A program made the translations under genes and the position numbers. The notes beneath the pieces are model-generated. The model searched no databases. It saw nothing but the letters and a program-made list of their open reading frames with translations, and had not been told where the DNA came from. Positions 17,142 to 36,069 of a stretch of DNA of 64,000 bases are shown here, in pieces. The stretch's first letter is position 1. Each line of letters opens with the position of its first letter. Source of the stretch: the human T2T-CHM13v2.0 reference genome, Homo sapiens; NCBI RefSeq assembly GCF_009914755.1, contig NC_060929.1. The stretch is one strand, 5' to 3'.

Positions 17142-18949
17142 ACAATGAGATCACATGGACACAGGAAGGGGAATATCACACTCTGGGGACTGTTGTGGGG
17201 TGGGGGGATGGGGGAGGGATAGCATTGGGAGATATACCTAATGCTAGATGACGAGTTAGTGGGTGCAGTGCACCAGCATGGCACATGTATACATATGTAA
17301 CTAACCTGCACAAAGTGCACATGTACCCTAAAACTTAAAGTATAATAAAAAAAAAAAAAGAAATTCTAACCCCCAATGTGATGGGTATTAGAAGGTGGGG
17401 ATTTAGCGAATTATTGTCCTTATAAAAAGAAAGCCCAGAGAGATCCCTTGCCCCTTTCACCATGTGAGGACACAGTGAGAAGGCACCATCTGTGGACCAG
17501 AAAGCTCTCCCTCACCAGACAGTGAATCTGCAAACACCTTCAGTTTGGACATCTCAGCATCCACAACAATGAGTAATGAATTTCTTTGTTTATAAACTAC
17601 CCTAGTCTGTGGTAATTTGTTATAGCAGCTCAAATGGACTAAGATAGAACCCTTAAAAACCCAACTATCACATTACATACTTGTTACAAATTGTTTCCCC
17701 ACTGCCATCATATACAAAGACAGATTAAGCTCTGAGTAAATTTCTGTAACCTTTCATTTTCCTATCCAATCACTGTTCACGATAATTATAAGCAAAGGGG
17801 ATTACCTAAAGGCAGATAACCAGAGGGAAAATAAGCAAACCAAAAAGAGTGTATAATCTTCATATTAGATTGAATAATTTACAGTTAACAATATATTTTA
17901 TATTGTGTTTGTAGGTTAACGTTTTTATCTGATAAAATACAGTCCACTCTAAAATAGATAGCTACAGAAGATACATTTTTAAATTAGTAAGATTTATTAC
18001 TATTATTCACATTGATTTAGTGTAACTTAATGATTTAGGAGAAAAAATCACTTTATATTTTAAATTTTTTTGAAAATATTATACAAAATGGTCTTCATAG
18101 CACAAAAATGAGGTTTCAAATTGGTTTTGGTTCATAAAGATGGCTCAATTTTTACAAGTGGGTGTGTTTGTTGACCTGAACAAGAATTGGTTTTGATTCC
18201 CTTCACTATAGTTCTCAGGCATTTTTACTTTTGAGAATTCCAAGATGGTCTATGTATTTTCTTAGAAAATGAGGTTGGCAAATAAGTCACTAACTCAGTT
18301 TGTACACTGCAAATTGATAGAAAAGTAACAGTTTCTATTTATCACCTAATTTCCTCTTTAGTTTTCAATAAAATGAAAAAGTGAGCAGATTCATTCAGCA
18401 AAAGATTAAAATACATTCCCAAGTAGACCTACAGGAAAATCTAATTTATAGAAAATACAACATTAGCCTCTTTAATTCTTAAAAGACTAGCCATAATTTC
18501 AAGTAGTCAGTTCACTGATGCATACACATTTTTGGCTCAGGATATATGATTACTCACCTCATATGATTGTGTGGCTTGACTTTGGCTGGCTTACTTTCAA
18601 TCGTTGCAGAAACATTAATATCCAGAAGTTAGTTGGAGAGTAACATATGCCAACTAGGTATGAGGTAGTTTGTCAATAATCTTGTAACTTTCCACAATAT
18701 AACCTCACCATCCTTTTATATTGACAGTTTTTGATTACAGAAATGAATTGAAATTTTTTTCTGAAGGCAATTCATCTTGGTTCTGCATACTAAAAACCAG
18801 CAAGGTAATGCGGTGCAAAGTTACATGCCACCTCATGATTAAAGGAGTTTAATTCAAAATGTCCAAAGCAAACTTTTAATAGCACAAACAAAATCATATG
18901 TTCAAATGTCATGGACTTTGACAACTTTTCTCTCCACCGTGCCAAGATA

Positions 18950-19150
18950 ATGGACTTTGAAGCCACAGAGACATGGCTCCATCATTTGCTAACTGTGGGA
19001 TCTTTGTGAAACTTAACCTCCAGAACTTCATTTCCTTACTGGTAAAGTGGGGTGAAGGGTTCACAGAATTACTGGCAACTGTAAAATGAGCTAAAGAGAT
19101 GAGGGGAGACCTGAACCATTGCATGGCATATATGGACGCCCAGTAAATGT
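18950..19150 (+). mobile_element. MIR
   Basis: CTCCATCATTTGCTAACTGTG...ACTTAACCTC...CATTTCCTTACTGGTAAAGTGGGG core. Boundaries approximate. Confidence 0.6.
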
Positions 19151-20854
19151 CAATTTCACTTTCCTTATCTCCAAAATACTTTAGTAATATGCCTTTAATT
19201 GTAATTTTGACCTTGCATTTTACATAAACCCCTAAGTCTGAGGTACTTTTACAATTTGGATACCAATCTTTCCAATAAAGTTGACTGCTATCTCTTCTGT
19301 GTAATTTCAACAGCAACAGAAAGTCCCCCTGACTTTAAAAGCATTTCTGTTTGCTCTGCTCATGCCTGAAGCTTCTTTTACCAAGAATAAAGGCATTTAT
19401 TCTATAATTATAGATAAACTAAAAATATAAATTCCCTGTAGAGAGATAACACCATGACTTAAATTCACACCAGCTTTTAGAGGACTGATAACAGAGAGTT
19501 TTCTTTGATTAATTGGGGGAGAGCAGAGGTGAACATGCAGGAGAAGTGCAATGTGGTAACCTGGGCCGGAAGAGAGTCCACAGAGGGAGGAAAATGATCT
19601 CAAAATAAGGACAAAGTCAAAGACAATTTTCAACAACCACACAAGTTTTTTCTCCAGACCAGACCCTGCAAAAGGAGATATGATTGACATCACAATGGCT
19701 TTTTCAGAAAACAACTTTTTGTCTAATAGTGGTAGAGAATCCAGTTTAAATTACAGGTGTACATTACTGATCAGACCAAGGCATTTATATGATTGGAGAT
19801 GGTAACACTAGACATATGTCCACAGTGGGATAGACTCTGCTCACAGGCGCTGCTGGTAGGTAGAGCGGTGTGTGTCTTTAACATTCACTTGGTGTTATCA
19901 CTTGATGTTTCCAGACCTGATTTCCCCATGGTTTGAGGAATAAATAAACTATTGAGAGTAATTTAAAGAGAAGCCACAGAAAGTATTAAGTATCAAGGTT
20001 TTCAAACCAATTGGTGTTTCTAACCCCTTACCCTATGGAATGGCTAGGGGTTCCACTGGATGCTCTAAAATTATTCTGGACACACCAAGCAGTCAACAAC
20101 AACAACAAAGAAACAAAGGGAGGAAGAGTTTTTTTCTGTTTTCAGCCCAACATCAATGGCTCTTTGTGTCATGCTTCAGCCCAAGACACATAACCCGCTG
20201 CTTTTGTCAGGTCCATAGCCTAGTGGGAAAATATCAGGTGATTTAAGCAAATTCTGAAAGCACCAAACTGTCAGACTTGAGTATTTATGGTCTTTGATTG
20301 CAAACTTACAAAGAACAGAGACCATGTATATATTCTGAACCAGCATCCTATGCATATACAGGGATTATTAAACGATAATATTTTATTGTAGAAGGCATTT
20401 AAATGTCCTCTCTGACTGTCAGGCTAAGGTACTTAAACTGTAATGCACATTTTGTCTTCATTCTGAAGTCAGTGCCTTCCTGGTGGTAAAATATTCTTCC
20501 TCATACCTCCCTCACTGAAGTTAATAAAACCTTAGTCGTCCTTTAGAACGAGGCTAAATACAATTTCGTCTTAAAGCATTTCTCTGGTTATTCTGGGCAA
20601 CACTTAAACTTCTTTTATAATTAAAGACAGTATGATGAGCTAGTACTTTACATTCTCATTTTTTTCCCTTGTGTTAGTCTTGATTTTAGAACCTTTTCCT
20701 CAGCTGTGTTGTCAGTTCACACGGTGAGGACCATGCCTTATCATTCTGATACCAAGCCCATTTCCATTTATTCTTATCTCATGGTATATGATTTTTTAAA
20801 GTAATTTGATTAATTGAAATTTTGTTAGATTATTAAAATCCACATGTCACCATT

Positions 20855-21228
20855 TGTTAGAGACACAATATTGTGTCGCCCCAAAATTCATATTTTGAAA
20901 CTCTAACCCCCCAGTGTGACTACATTCGGAGACAGGGCCTGTGAGGAGCTAGGAAAAGTTAAATGAAGTTGTAAGGGTGAGACCCTTATCTGATAGGACT
21001 GATGTCCTTATAAACGGAAAAAACACTGGAGCACTTCCTCTTCACCATATGCGCGAAGGTGGCCATCTGCAAGTCAGAAAGAGAACCCTCACCAGAAACA
21101 GACCCTGTTGATCCTTGATGTGGGAACTTTTAGCCTTCAGAACTGTCAGAAAATAAATTTCTGTTTTTTAAGCTACTTAGACTCTAGTCTATGATATTTT
21201 GTTATGGTAGCCTAAGCCTACTAATACA
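20855..21228 (+). mobile_element. MLT1A-like MaLR solo LTR
   Basis: TTGTGTCGCCCCAAAATTCATATTTTGAAACTCTAACCCCC...AGAAAATAAATTTCTG...CTAATACA. Confidence 0.8.
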
Positions 21229-22629
21229 TCACTAAAATCTTAAAAAAAAAAACGCCTGATTCAAGGAAGCAATATGCAAATCCAATAGACATGTTTTCAA
21301 TTTAGAGAACGAACTGTGTTCACAGCCATAAGAAGTCCATTTTTTGTTTTAATAGTGCAAAGAAATAAAACATTTGCACAATTCTAGTGGAAACTTTTGC
21401 CTTGCACTTTCGGCAATGTAGTGGCAATCTTAGAAAAAGACCATAAAAAGAACTAAATAAATTCCTTATAAATTTAGAATGAAAAACGAAGTCAAAATAA
21501 ATATTTTAAAAACAAAACCACTAATTTTAAAGTAATAAAAATCACTACATAATAGTTGCTTTGCTTAAAAACAACTTTATAGTAAAGCTCCTGTAAGCAG
21601 TGCCTCTCAGATGCTGGCATTAATCAACAAAGTCTAAGATTGCATTGGAGCCCCTAGCTTAACAGTTTTTGGCCACCAATAGGGGGCAGCAAGGCACACC
21701 AGATCCCTCAGTGACACTTGAGGGAGGCTTGCCAGGTTAGCTAGGAAGTGTCTAGGAGGCATGGCAACATCAGATATGCAGAAAAAGAAATCCATACATC
21801 AGATAAGGCACTAGTAGGAGGAGATAGTGAGAATACACAGATCAAAATTTCATTCACGCCAATGGAAAGCATGGAGTGGAACTGAGATGTTTATGCTTCT
21901 AGAAATCGTATGTGTCAGCATCTCTTAATTCTACTAAATCTGACAAAATCATCCATAATGTTTAGAATTCTTCTGTCCTGATTTCTCATAGTTAAAACTA
22001 AGTGCTTTTTCTTTTTCTTCTACTCAATTCCTTTAAGCCTGCATGGAAAGTAGCTCCACAACATCTTAAAGAGTACATTGGCCTATAATAAAGGGTAGGT
22101 TGACTGTTTTTCTCCCCAGAAAAGAGAAGAATTTTCAGTATTCCATAATTGCAGAAAAATACTTTGGTCCAAAAGTAGACTAGTCTTGCCTATCAGAATG
22201 TGCCCAGAGAGCTAGGTCCTGAAAGCAATTAAACCTAGTTCTAAAAGATCTTGAGCATAAGAAAATTGGAACTGTTTGTTTAATTCCTTACTAGATATTA
22301 CATTGACATGCCTTTAGAGTTACTATGCATTTGATAAATATAGGAAAAGACAGTAAATATTTTGCTGATTAGTCAAAAATATATGGGCTGATAGATTGAT
22401 TTCCTCACTTCAGCCACAAAGTAAAGAACTTCCAGCCTTCCCAATTTATAGAGCAAATTTTAGAATGTTTCTGTGCAGAATGTTTTACAGAGAGTGATAA
22501 CGAAAAGGAGCTCAGAGCTTATTTTCTGTAGGATGTATGTACAGCTCTGACTCAGACCTAAGTATGGAATAGAACACTCCTTGCTCTTTCTCCACTGAGC
22601 AAAGTCCAAATGTTGATCATGTTAGAAGA

Positions 22630-23025
22630 ATCAACTTCTTCTAACGCAGGTGGGCACCATCCAATCTAATCTGTTGAGAATGAGAATTAACAAATTGGCA
22701 GAGGAAAGGCAAATGTGCTCTCTCTCCTTAAACTGGGACATTCATTTTCTCCTGCCCTCAGACATCAGTGCGCCTGGTTTTTGGATCTTCAAACTCAAAC
22801 TGGGACTTATGCCATTGGCTCACCTGGTTCTGAGGCCTCTGGTTTTGGACCAGACCTATACCACTGGCTTTCTTGTCCTCCAGCTTACAGACAAGACAGC
22901 AGATTCTGGAACTTAGCCTCCATACTTGTGTGAGCCAATTCCTCGTAATAAATCTTTGTCTATCTGTTTGTATATCTACGTACCTATCCCATTATTTGTT
23001 TCTCTGGAGAACCCTGAATAATACA
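22630..23025 (+). mobile_element. MLT2-family (ERV-L) LTR, 5' part missing
   Basis: GGTGGGCACCATCCAATC...TTCTCCTGCCCTCAGACATCAG...GTGAGCCAATTCC...TGTTTCTCTGGAGAACCCTGAATAATACA. Confidence 0.8.
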
Positions 23026-23073
23026 AATATGCTACCTTTTCTGATTTCTTTTTTCTTTTTTTTTTTTTTTTTT

Positions 23074-23213
23074 GGTAGAAGGAAGGGCTTTATTCAGCTG
23101 GGAACATCAGTAAGCTACTGCCTTAAAATCCGAGCTCCCCGAGTGCACAATTTCTGTCCCTTTTAAGGGCTCACAACACTAAAGATTTCACATGAAAGGG
23201 TCGTGATTGATTT
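23074..23213 (-). mobile_element. 3'-transduced fragment of an LTR2-family (HERV-E/Harlequin) LTR, U3 end plus R
   Basis: Non-L1 sequence between the L1 (AAT)n tail (23214-23230) and the final polyA, inside the TSDs. Minus strand reads AAATCAATCACGACCC...GAGCCCTTAAAAGGGACAG...CTCGGGGAGCTCGG...GAATAAAGCCCTTCCTTCTACC; AATAAA at 23089-23094. Confidence 0.85.
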
Positions 23214-23430
23214 ATTATTATTATTATTATACTTAAAGTTTTAGGGTACATGTGCACAACATGCAGATTTGTTATATATGTATACATGTGCCATGTTGAT
23301 GTGCTGCACCCATTAACTGGTCATTTAGCATTAGGTATATCTCCTAATGCTATCCCTCCCCCCTCCCCCCACCCCACAACAGTCCCCGTTGTGTGATGTT
23401 CCCCTTCCTGTGTCCATGTGTTCTCATTGT

Positions 23431-27246
<3,816 letters not shown>

Positions 27247-27309
27247 TATGATGTTAGCTGGTGATTTTGCTTGTTAGTTGATGCAGTTTCTTCCTAGCCT
27301 TGATGGTCT

Positions 27310-28647
<1,338 letters not shown>

Positions 28648-29671
28648 CTTTGTGGTTTTATCTACCTTTGGTCTTTGATGACAGTGATGTACAGATGGGT
28701 TTTTGGTGTGGATGTCCTTTCTGTTTGTTAGTTTTCCTGCTAACAGACAGGACCCTCAGCTGCAGGTCTGTTGGAGTTTTCTGGAGGTCCACTCCAGACC
28801 CTATTTGCCTGGGTATCAGCAGCAGTGGCTGCAGGACAGCAGATATTGGTGAACCGCAAATGCTGCCGTCTGATCGTTCGTCTGGAAGATTTGTCTCAGA
28901 GGAGTACCCGGCCGTGTGAGGTGTCAGTCTCCCCTACTGGGGGGTGCCTCCCAGTTAGACTACTCAGGGGTTAGGAACCCACTTGAGGAGAGAGTCTGCC
29001 CGTTCTCAGATCTCAAGCTGCGTGCTGGGAGAACCACTATTCTCTTCAAAGCTGTCAGACAGGGACATTTAAGTCTGCAGAGGTTATTGCTGTCTTTTGT
29101 TTGTCTGTGCCCTGCCCCTAGAGGTGGAGCCTACAGAGGCAGGCAGGCCTCCTTGAGCTGTGGTGGGCTCCACCCAGTTTGAGCTTCCAGGCCTCTTTGT
29201 TTACCTGCTTAAGCCTGGGCAATGGCGGGCGCCCCTCCCCCAGCCTTGCTGCAGCCTTGCAGTTTGATCTCAAACTCCTGTGCTAGCAGTGAGCGAGGCT
29301 CTGTGGGTGTAGGACCCTCCGAGCCAGGTGAAGGATATAAGCTCCTGATGTGCCGTGTGTTAAACCTGTTGGAAGAGCACAGTATTAGGGTGGGAGTGAC
29401 CCGATTTTCCAGGTGCCTTCTGTCACCCCTTTCTTTGACTAGGAAAGGGAATTCCCTGACCCCATGTGCTTCCCGGGTGAGGTGATGCCTCGCTCTGCTT
29501 TGGCTCATGCATGGTGTGCTGCACCCACTGTCCTGCACCCACTGTCGGGCACTCCCCAGTGAGATGAACCCGGTACCTCAGTTGGAAATGCAGAAATCAC
29601 CCGTCTTCTGTGTCGCTCACGCTGGGAGCTGTAGACTGGAGCTCTTCCTATTTGGCCATCTTGGCTCCACC
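28648..29671 (-). promoter_or_regulatory. L1PA4-type 5'UTR including the ~129-bp segment (~28775-28903) associated with ZNF93 binding
   Basis: Compared with the 5'UTR at 11329-12228 there is an extra block GTTTTCTGGAGGTCCACTCCAGACC...GTCTCAGAGG between GTCTGTTGGA and TACCC.GCCGTGTGAGG. Confidence 0.8.
29222..29485 (+). CDS. ORF0: L1 antisense ORF0, open frame of 87 aa (expression unknown)
   Basis: MAGAPPPALLQPCSLISNSCASSERGSVGVGPSEPG... matches primate ORF0; ATG start; GT donor dinucleotides retained at 29328 and 29413. Confidence 0.6.
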   Translation: MAGAPPPALLQPCSLISNSCASSERGSVGVGPSEPGEGYKLLMCRVLNLLEEHSIRVGVTRFSRCLLSPLSLTRKGNSLTPCASRVR

Positions 29672-32600
29672 ACCTTTTCTGATTTCTGACCATCTTAAGT
29701 CTCAGGAACATGAGCAAACTCTTCTGTTGGGATTAAGAAAAAAGATTTCCCTTCAAGACTTGATTTTAGCCTACAGTGAATTTTTATGACCAAGTTATTA
29801 ACCCCTGAAAAATGGGATATATAATGGAAACACTGATAGATTCTTAATGTTAGCTGTGCTGGCAGGCACCTATATATTAGCCTTAATAGTGTCAAATTGT
29901 GAAACTAAAGTGATTGAAAACCTACTAACTTACACTTAAGGAATCCCTGCTTCAATAGGTTTTGATATCTCCCTCATTTGAATGATTTTTCAGGCTGTTT
30001 TAAAGACTAGTGTCCTGTATTTGTGAGAATGAGAGTTACAATACTATAGGATTTTGTGAACATCATAAACTTAGAACAGCATATTCATTCCTGAATGGCT
30101 CAAGACTCAGTGCTTTTTTTTCCTATGTAGGAAATTTACCTGCATAAAAATCTTGAGTTATCCAGCCATAAATTCTATAGCCTGAAGTCTTTCTTCTTTA
30201 CCTCCCATTTTTATGCATTTTATTCATTTTTCTATTGGCTCATTGAACAGCTGAAGGGGATAACAATGTAATTTCATGAACAGTGACCAAAAAGAGAAGA
30301 AAATATCCTTGACTTGGGCAGATAAGTGGGCTCTTCACACTGTAATATTACAGCTTGAACCCAGACTTTCACTGGCTTGATCTCATTACATAAGCTATTC
30401 CCTGCAACTGTCTTCTGCTATGGCTTCTTCATGTGACCTGACAGCCCATATACAGATGTAGCAGTAAATACACGCTGCCAATGCTAAACAAAAAAATTCC
30501 CTATCGTCATGTTTATCAGGATAAATGTGTTGCCAGATGCATTCTTCCTGAGTTGATATTAACAGAGCATGGCAAATGTCATCTCTTCTTCCTCAAGGGG
30601 TTCTTCTGAAGCCCTCATTTGGCATTTGAAAACATTGAACATGGTTGGATAGACCCAGATGCATTCTCTAACAGAACTTATAGAAACATGGAGAATAGCT
30701 TCATCCTATCAAGTATTATATTATTTTAAGGCTATTCGGACATGAGGTAGAAAAATCAAAATACTTTCACCCTGAACCAACTGTTATACACAGCACAACA
30801 AGAAAAAACAAATTGGTCATTACAGAAAATTTGGAAATCCCCTGCTTAAGGGCCTTGGGGACATGGGAAGCCATTTGTCACTGATTGTTGTGTTTTTCAA
30901 GAACAATTAGAGCAAAATCATATAAACATCATGGATTGAGAAATATAATGCTGGTCCTTATTTCAGATGTATGTGTTTAAAAATCACACACAACAGATAT
31001 AGAAAATAGCAATAGTACCAGGATGCAAGAAGTATGTTTATGCAGCTCCATTACAAATACTATCCTAAACAGAATTTGCATGGATGGAGTTTTCCCATAT
31101 CCTTTATAAGCTACTAGGAACAATGCAAGAATTTCAAGTAACCACCCAGCTTTCCATTTTCCATCACTGAAATGCTTTACTCTTTGCATATAAACTTCTA
31201 GCTGTGGCTGACGGCTGTAAGCCCATTATATTTCAACTGTCATCTGGCAGCGGAGATTCAATCCATTGCTTCAATCACAGTGGCCTGTCTTCTCTAGCTC
31301 TGGGAATTACACTAAAGTGCATGATTTAAATGTCTTCACTGTCAAATTATTGTTGTTTAGTTCATCAAGATAGATTTTTAAAACTCATGGGAAAAATATG
31401 CCCTAAAAAGTATTGTTTTGTTATAGGAAAGAAAAGTATTTCAAAATCAACAGTTGCTCAAAGGTCTCAAATTAGTTTTATTCATAATGCTAGGGTTTCC
31501 TAAATGTGAGGTAACAGAATAATAATTACCAAATAAGCCAAATGCTTAATGTGTAAAAGGCCCACTTCAAATATTTTGGTAGGAAAACATAGTGTTTTGA
31601 ATAATTGGAAGTTTATCAACTCTTTGCCTGTTAGTTCATTGCCCTCCCAAGATCATTTCTCATTCATTTTGTACTACATTTGTTGGGCAAGTGCTCTGCA
31701 CCAGACATTGTGCAAGGCAGTGGGAACAAGATAAACAAGACAGAGTCTCTGCCTTCTAGGAACTAGTAAAAGTAAGAGAACAGGCTTTGATTTATGACAC
31801 TGTAAGTCATTATTTCTTTGTCACAAAAAGAAAACACAGCTACCTGACAGTGGAGAACCAGGAAAAAACATGGTAGCCAACTTTGTACAATCATGCCAGG
31901 TTTCTTTTAGGTTTCCCTACGCACCACAGCATACACCACCAGAGGATGCCTACAGTTGCTCTCAACCTTTTATTTACCCAGATATGCCTGAGGGGTGTGA
32001 CAAACTTCCATCAGTAATTGCAACTCATTTTGGCAGTAACTTTCAAGGCAGGCAAGTGTGCAGAAATGGGTAATGGGAAAGTATCAGAGGACATAGAAAA
32101 CTCTGTGTTTGGGAAAGGCCCAGAGCTGGTTTATATTGCGCCCTTCATTTCCCTTAAGAACCACTAAGAGGTCTACCATGCAGAATTAAGCTGTGCAAGT
32201 GGGACGAGTTTCCATGTGTGCCCTGTATAATTAAGAAAGGTGATTAAGAAGCTAACTATGAAGCATAAGTATAAATTGATCCACTTACCCTCTCCACTCC
32301 AGGGAACCCATGCTTTCTATTTGAGAAAAGCAGATTCCCTCTTATCTCCTCATATGACTCTTCTACCTAAGTTTTTTGGCTCTAATATTTTCCTGGGCTT
32401 TACTAAGAACAATGCAGACAATTTTCAGATTTGGGATTTGGAAATTCTTATTCCACTTCTGGAAGCACTCCCGCAGAATATCTGACAAAGCCCAGAAGTT
32501 TACATAAGCCAGATCTCTAGGGCTAGTGAGAGAATAAGACTCACCTAGACATAACTACAAAATGGAAGCTCAAATACATCTGAGTAGACATATAGATGAA

Positions 32601-32841
32601 GGACTGAAAAAGGTATAGAAGAAGGGGCTGAAGCTATCATAAGTTACTGCATTTAGTTATTAAATTCTCATCTCCCCATTGGGTTGTAGATACAAAAGCA
32701 AGGAGAAAAAGAAAGGAGGAATAGAGTGAATTAAAAGCTTCCACAAAGGTTGTTGGTTAATAAAAGGGCATTAGGGCTCATTCAGTCGTCTCACTGAGGT
32801 GCTCCACTGCATCCTTGTGCAGCATTCTTCCTTTCTAATAA

Positions 32842-33519
<678 letters not shown>

Positions 33520-33903
33520 TGAAGGCCAAGACAAAAGAGCGAATTTGCTATGGCCCGTCAGGGTGGCAAGTCCACTTTCACTTTAATGCTCTATAAACCG
33601 TGTCTTGGAAACGAGCGGCAGCGATCTCAACTCTGCACAGACACACTCCACTGGTTGTGGACCCACTTTTGGATTCAATTTAATCACAGGCACCACATCC
33701 TAAGCTACGGTGAGTTGCCGTTTACATTAGGTTTGAGCTGACCACTCCTACCAGGGCACACCTTGCCTGGTCATCCAGGCAAGGGCAGCAGGCCCTCTAT
33801 CCATGATGGGATGCCCCTGAACAGAGTGCGCCAAAGGGGAAAGTGAAGTCCAAATTCCTCAGGGACGCCTCACGAATCTTGTAGTCCCTTACCTAAACCT
33901 AAC

Positions 33904-35400
33904 ATGGGTTCAATTCATTCTTCAATTCATTCCTACTCACCCTTGGGTTGCATTCTTAAAAAATGTTCTTATTCTGACCCACAGACTCTCAAAAAGAAGT
34001 GTATAATTTTCATTTGTATTCAGAGGTGCCTTATGTTCTGGTCTTTTGGGCTTTATCTCAAAACCCAAAGTTACATAAAAATTGTAGTGTATGCTTCCAA
34101 GGAACTTCCTCTCTCCCCGATTCCGATGTCTTAAATCATCCTTCCTTTTACCTGTCACAGTCTCCTCAGCGGGCTCCTGCTTCACCTACACCCTCTCCAT
34201 CTGCTCCATCATCCCCCAATCAACTTCCCTGTCCAGTTGCTTTACCCCCCTCACATATTCACACAGGAGTCACATATGCCACTAGTCGTACAGAGTCCTC
34301 AGAAAATCCCAAAAATGTTTTGCCTCTCCTCAAGGTGGCAAATGGGCATTTGGGAACAATTCGAGTTCATATCCATTTTCCAATGTCTGATATTTTGCAA
34401 ATTCAATCCAAACTGGGTTCTTTTGGCCAGGGTCCCTCTAAGATCATTCAAGAATTTTGGGCTTTAACTATTGCCTTCAATTTAACTTGGCAAGACATAT
34501 TCATAGTATTAATTACTTGCTGTTCCCATGAAGAAAAATCATGCACATGGTCTTTAGCTTGAGCTTGGGCAGACAAAGCTCATGCTTGTAATCCCAGTGA
34601 TAATAGAGCTGGGGCAGAAGCTGTGCTTGACACAGAACCCAATTGGCAATACCAGGCCGCCAATGCCTACCCAGAGGCAGGAGCAGACAAGATCAAATAA
34701 ACTTGCTTGTTGGAAGAAGTGAAAAAGGCTGTAACAAAATCTGTTAATTTTTCGAAATTATGAGAAGTCACCCAGGAGCCATCTGATAATCCTGCCCTTT
34801 TCAAACCCAGACTGGTGGAGGTCATCCATAAATACACAGATTTAGACCCTGAAAGCCCTGAAGGCCAATCCACTCTGGCCATACATTTTATAAGTCAGGC
34901 TTCCCCAGATATTAGACAAAAAAACCCCAAATTAGAGCAAGGCCCACAAACTCCCTTTTCTACTTTATTAAATATGGCCTTTAAGGTTTTCCATAACCTG
35001 GAAGAAACATCAAAAATTTAAAAAGCTCAATGGGAGGAGGAAAAATGCCGTCACCAGCTAATTACATGGCAACAGCATTGGAACATTCTTTTTTGTTAGC
35101 TAGTAACCCCAAGGCTAGACCACATAATACTAACAGAACAAGGGTCTGTCATCACTGCAGAAATCCAGGACACTGGAGTAGAGAATGTCCCAAATCTACA
35201 GGTTACAAGCTGCCCCAGGGACCCTGTCCTCATTGCAAACAAGAGGATTGTTTGAAGAGTGAGTGTCCCTCTCTCCCTCATGGCGGGGGAGGGGTTGGGG
35301 CACCACTTCTTTCTGGGCTGTCGCAGCCACCACCTTGTCAACCTACCCAACAAGGGGGTCCTGCAGAATGAGGGCAAGGGTGAGGGCAAGGGCAAGGACA
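33904..35400 (+). pseudogene. gag: Gammaretrovirus-like gag relic (MA, CA, NC)
   Basis: MA start MGS...SPLGCILK; CA RVHIHFPMSDILQI..LGSF..LTWQD and KYTDLDPESPEG..HFISQASPDIR; zinc knuckle CHHCRNPGHWSREC plus a degenerate second knuckle; many stops and frameshifts. Confidence 0.88.
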
Positions 35401-35519
35401 AACACCTCTATCCCTGGATTTTGATTAAGCCTCTGAAAGTCATCCTCTAGATGAGTGATGGGGCTTTGAGGCCATCTAGGCTCCTGTCTTTTCCATCTGT
35501 ATAGATGAGCCTTTATAGA

Positions 35520-35800
35520 TGAGGTAAATCTGATTGTGGCTTAACAAGAGATAATGTTCTTTATAGATACAGGGTTCAGTTTTAAATGTTTATTATGGCC
35601 CAATGTGCCAGTCCTCCATTTTCCTCACCGGTATTGATGGAAAACCTCAATGAGGCTGTTTCACACCACTGCTCCCTTGGGAAATGGACAGTTATTCCTT
35701 TACCCACTTCTTTTAGTCCTGCCAAGCTGTCCTGTTCCATTATTAGGTCATGACTTACTCACAAAATTACAAGCTAAATTACAGCTAAGGCCTCACCTTC
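35520..35800 (+). pseudogene. pro: Retroviral protease relic
   Basis: TTCTTTATAGATACAGGG encodes FFIDTG (catalytic DTG); TGTCCTGTTCCATTATTAGGTCATGACTTACTC encodes CPVPLLGHDLL (GRD-like motif). Confidence 0.75.
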
Positions 35801-35811
35801 TAGCCGTATAA

Positions 35812-36066
<255 letters not shown>

Positions 36067-36069
36067 GCC

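Noticed and set aside
17185-17218. G-quadruplex-like G tract
   Set aside because: Standard feature of L1PA 3'UTRs and not specific to this locus.
17360-23049. Spacer already inverted by L1-L1 recombination
   Set aside because: Both TSD pairs and the split MLT1A0 are collinear in this sequence.
31180-31360. Non-repetitive stretch resembling a conserved non-coding element
   Set aside because: Conservation cannot be judged without alignments, and I found no specific motif evidence.
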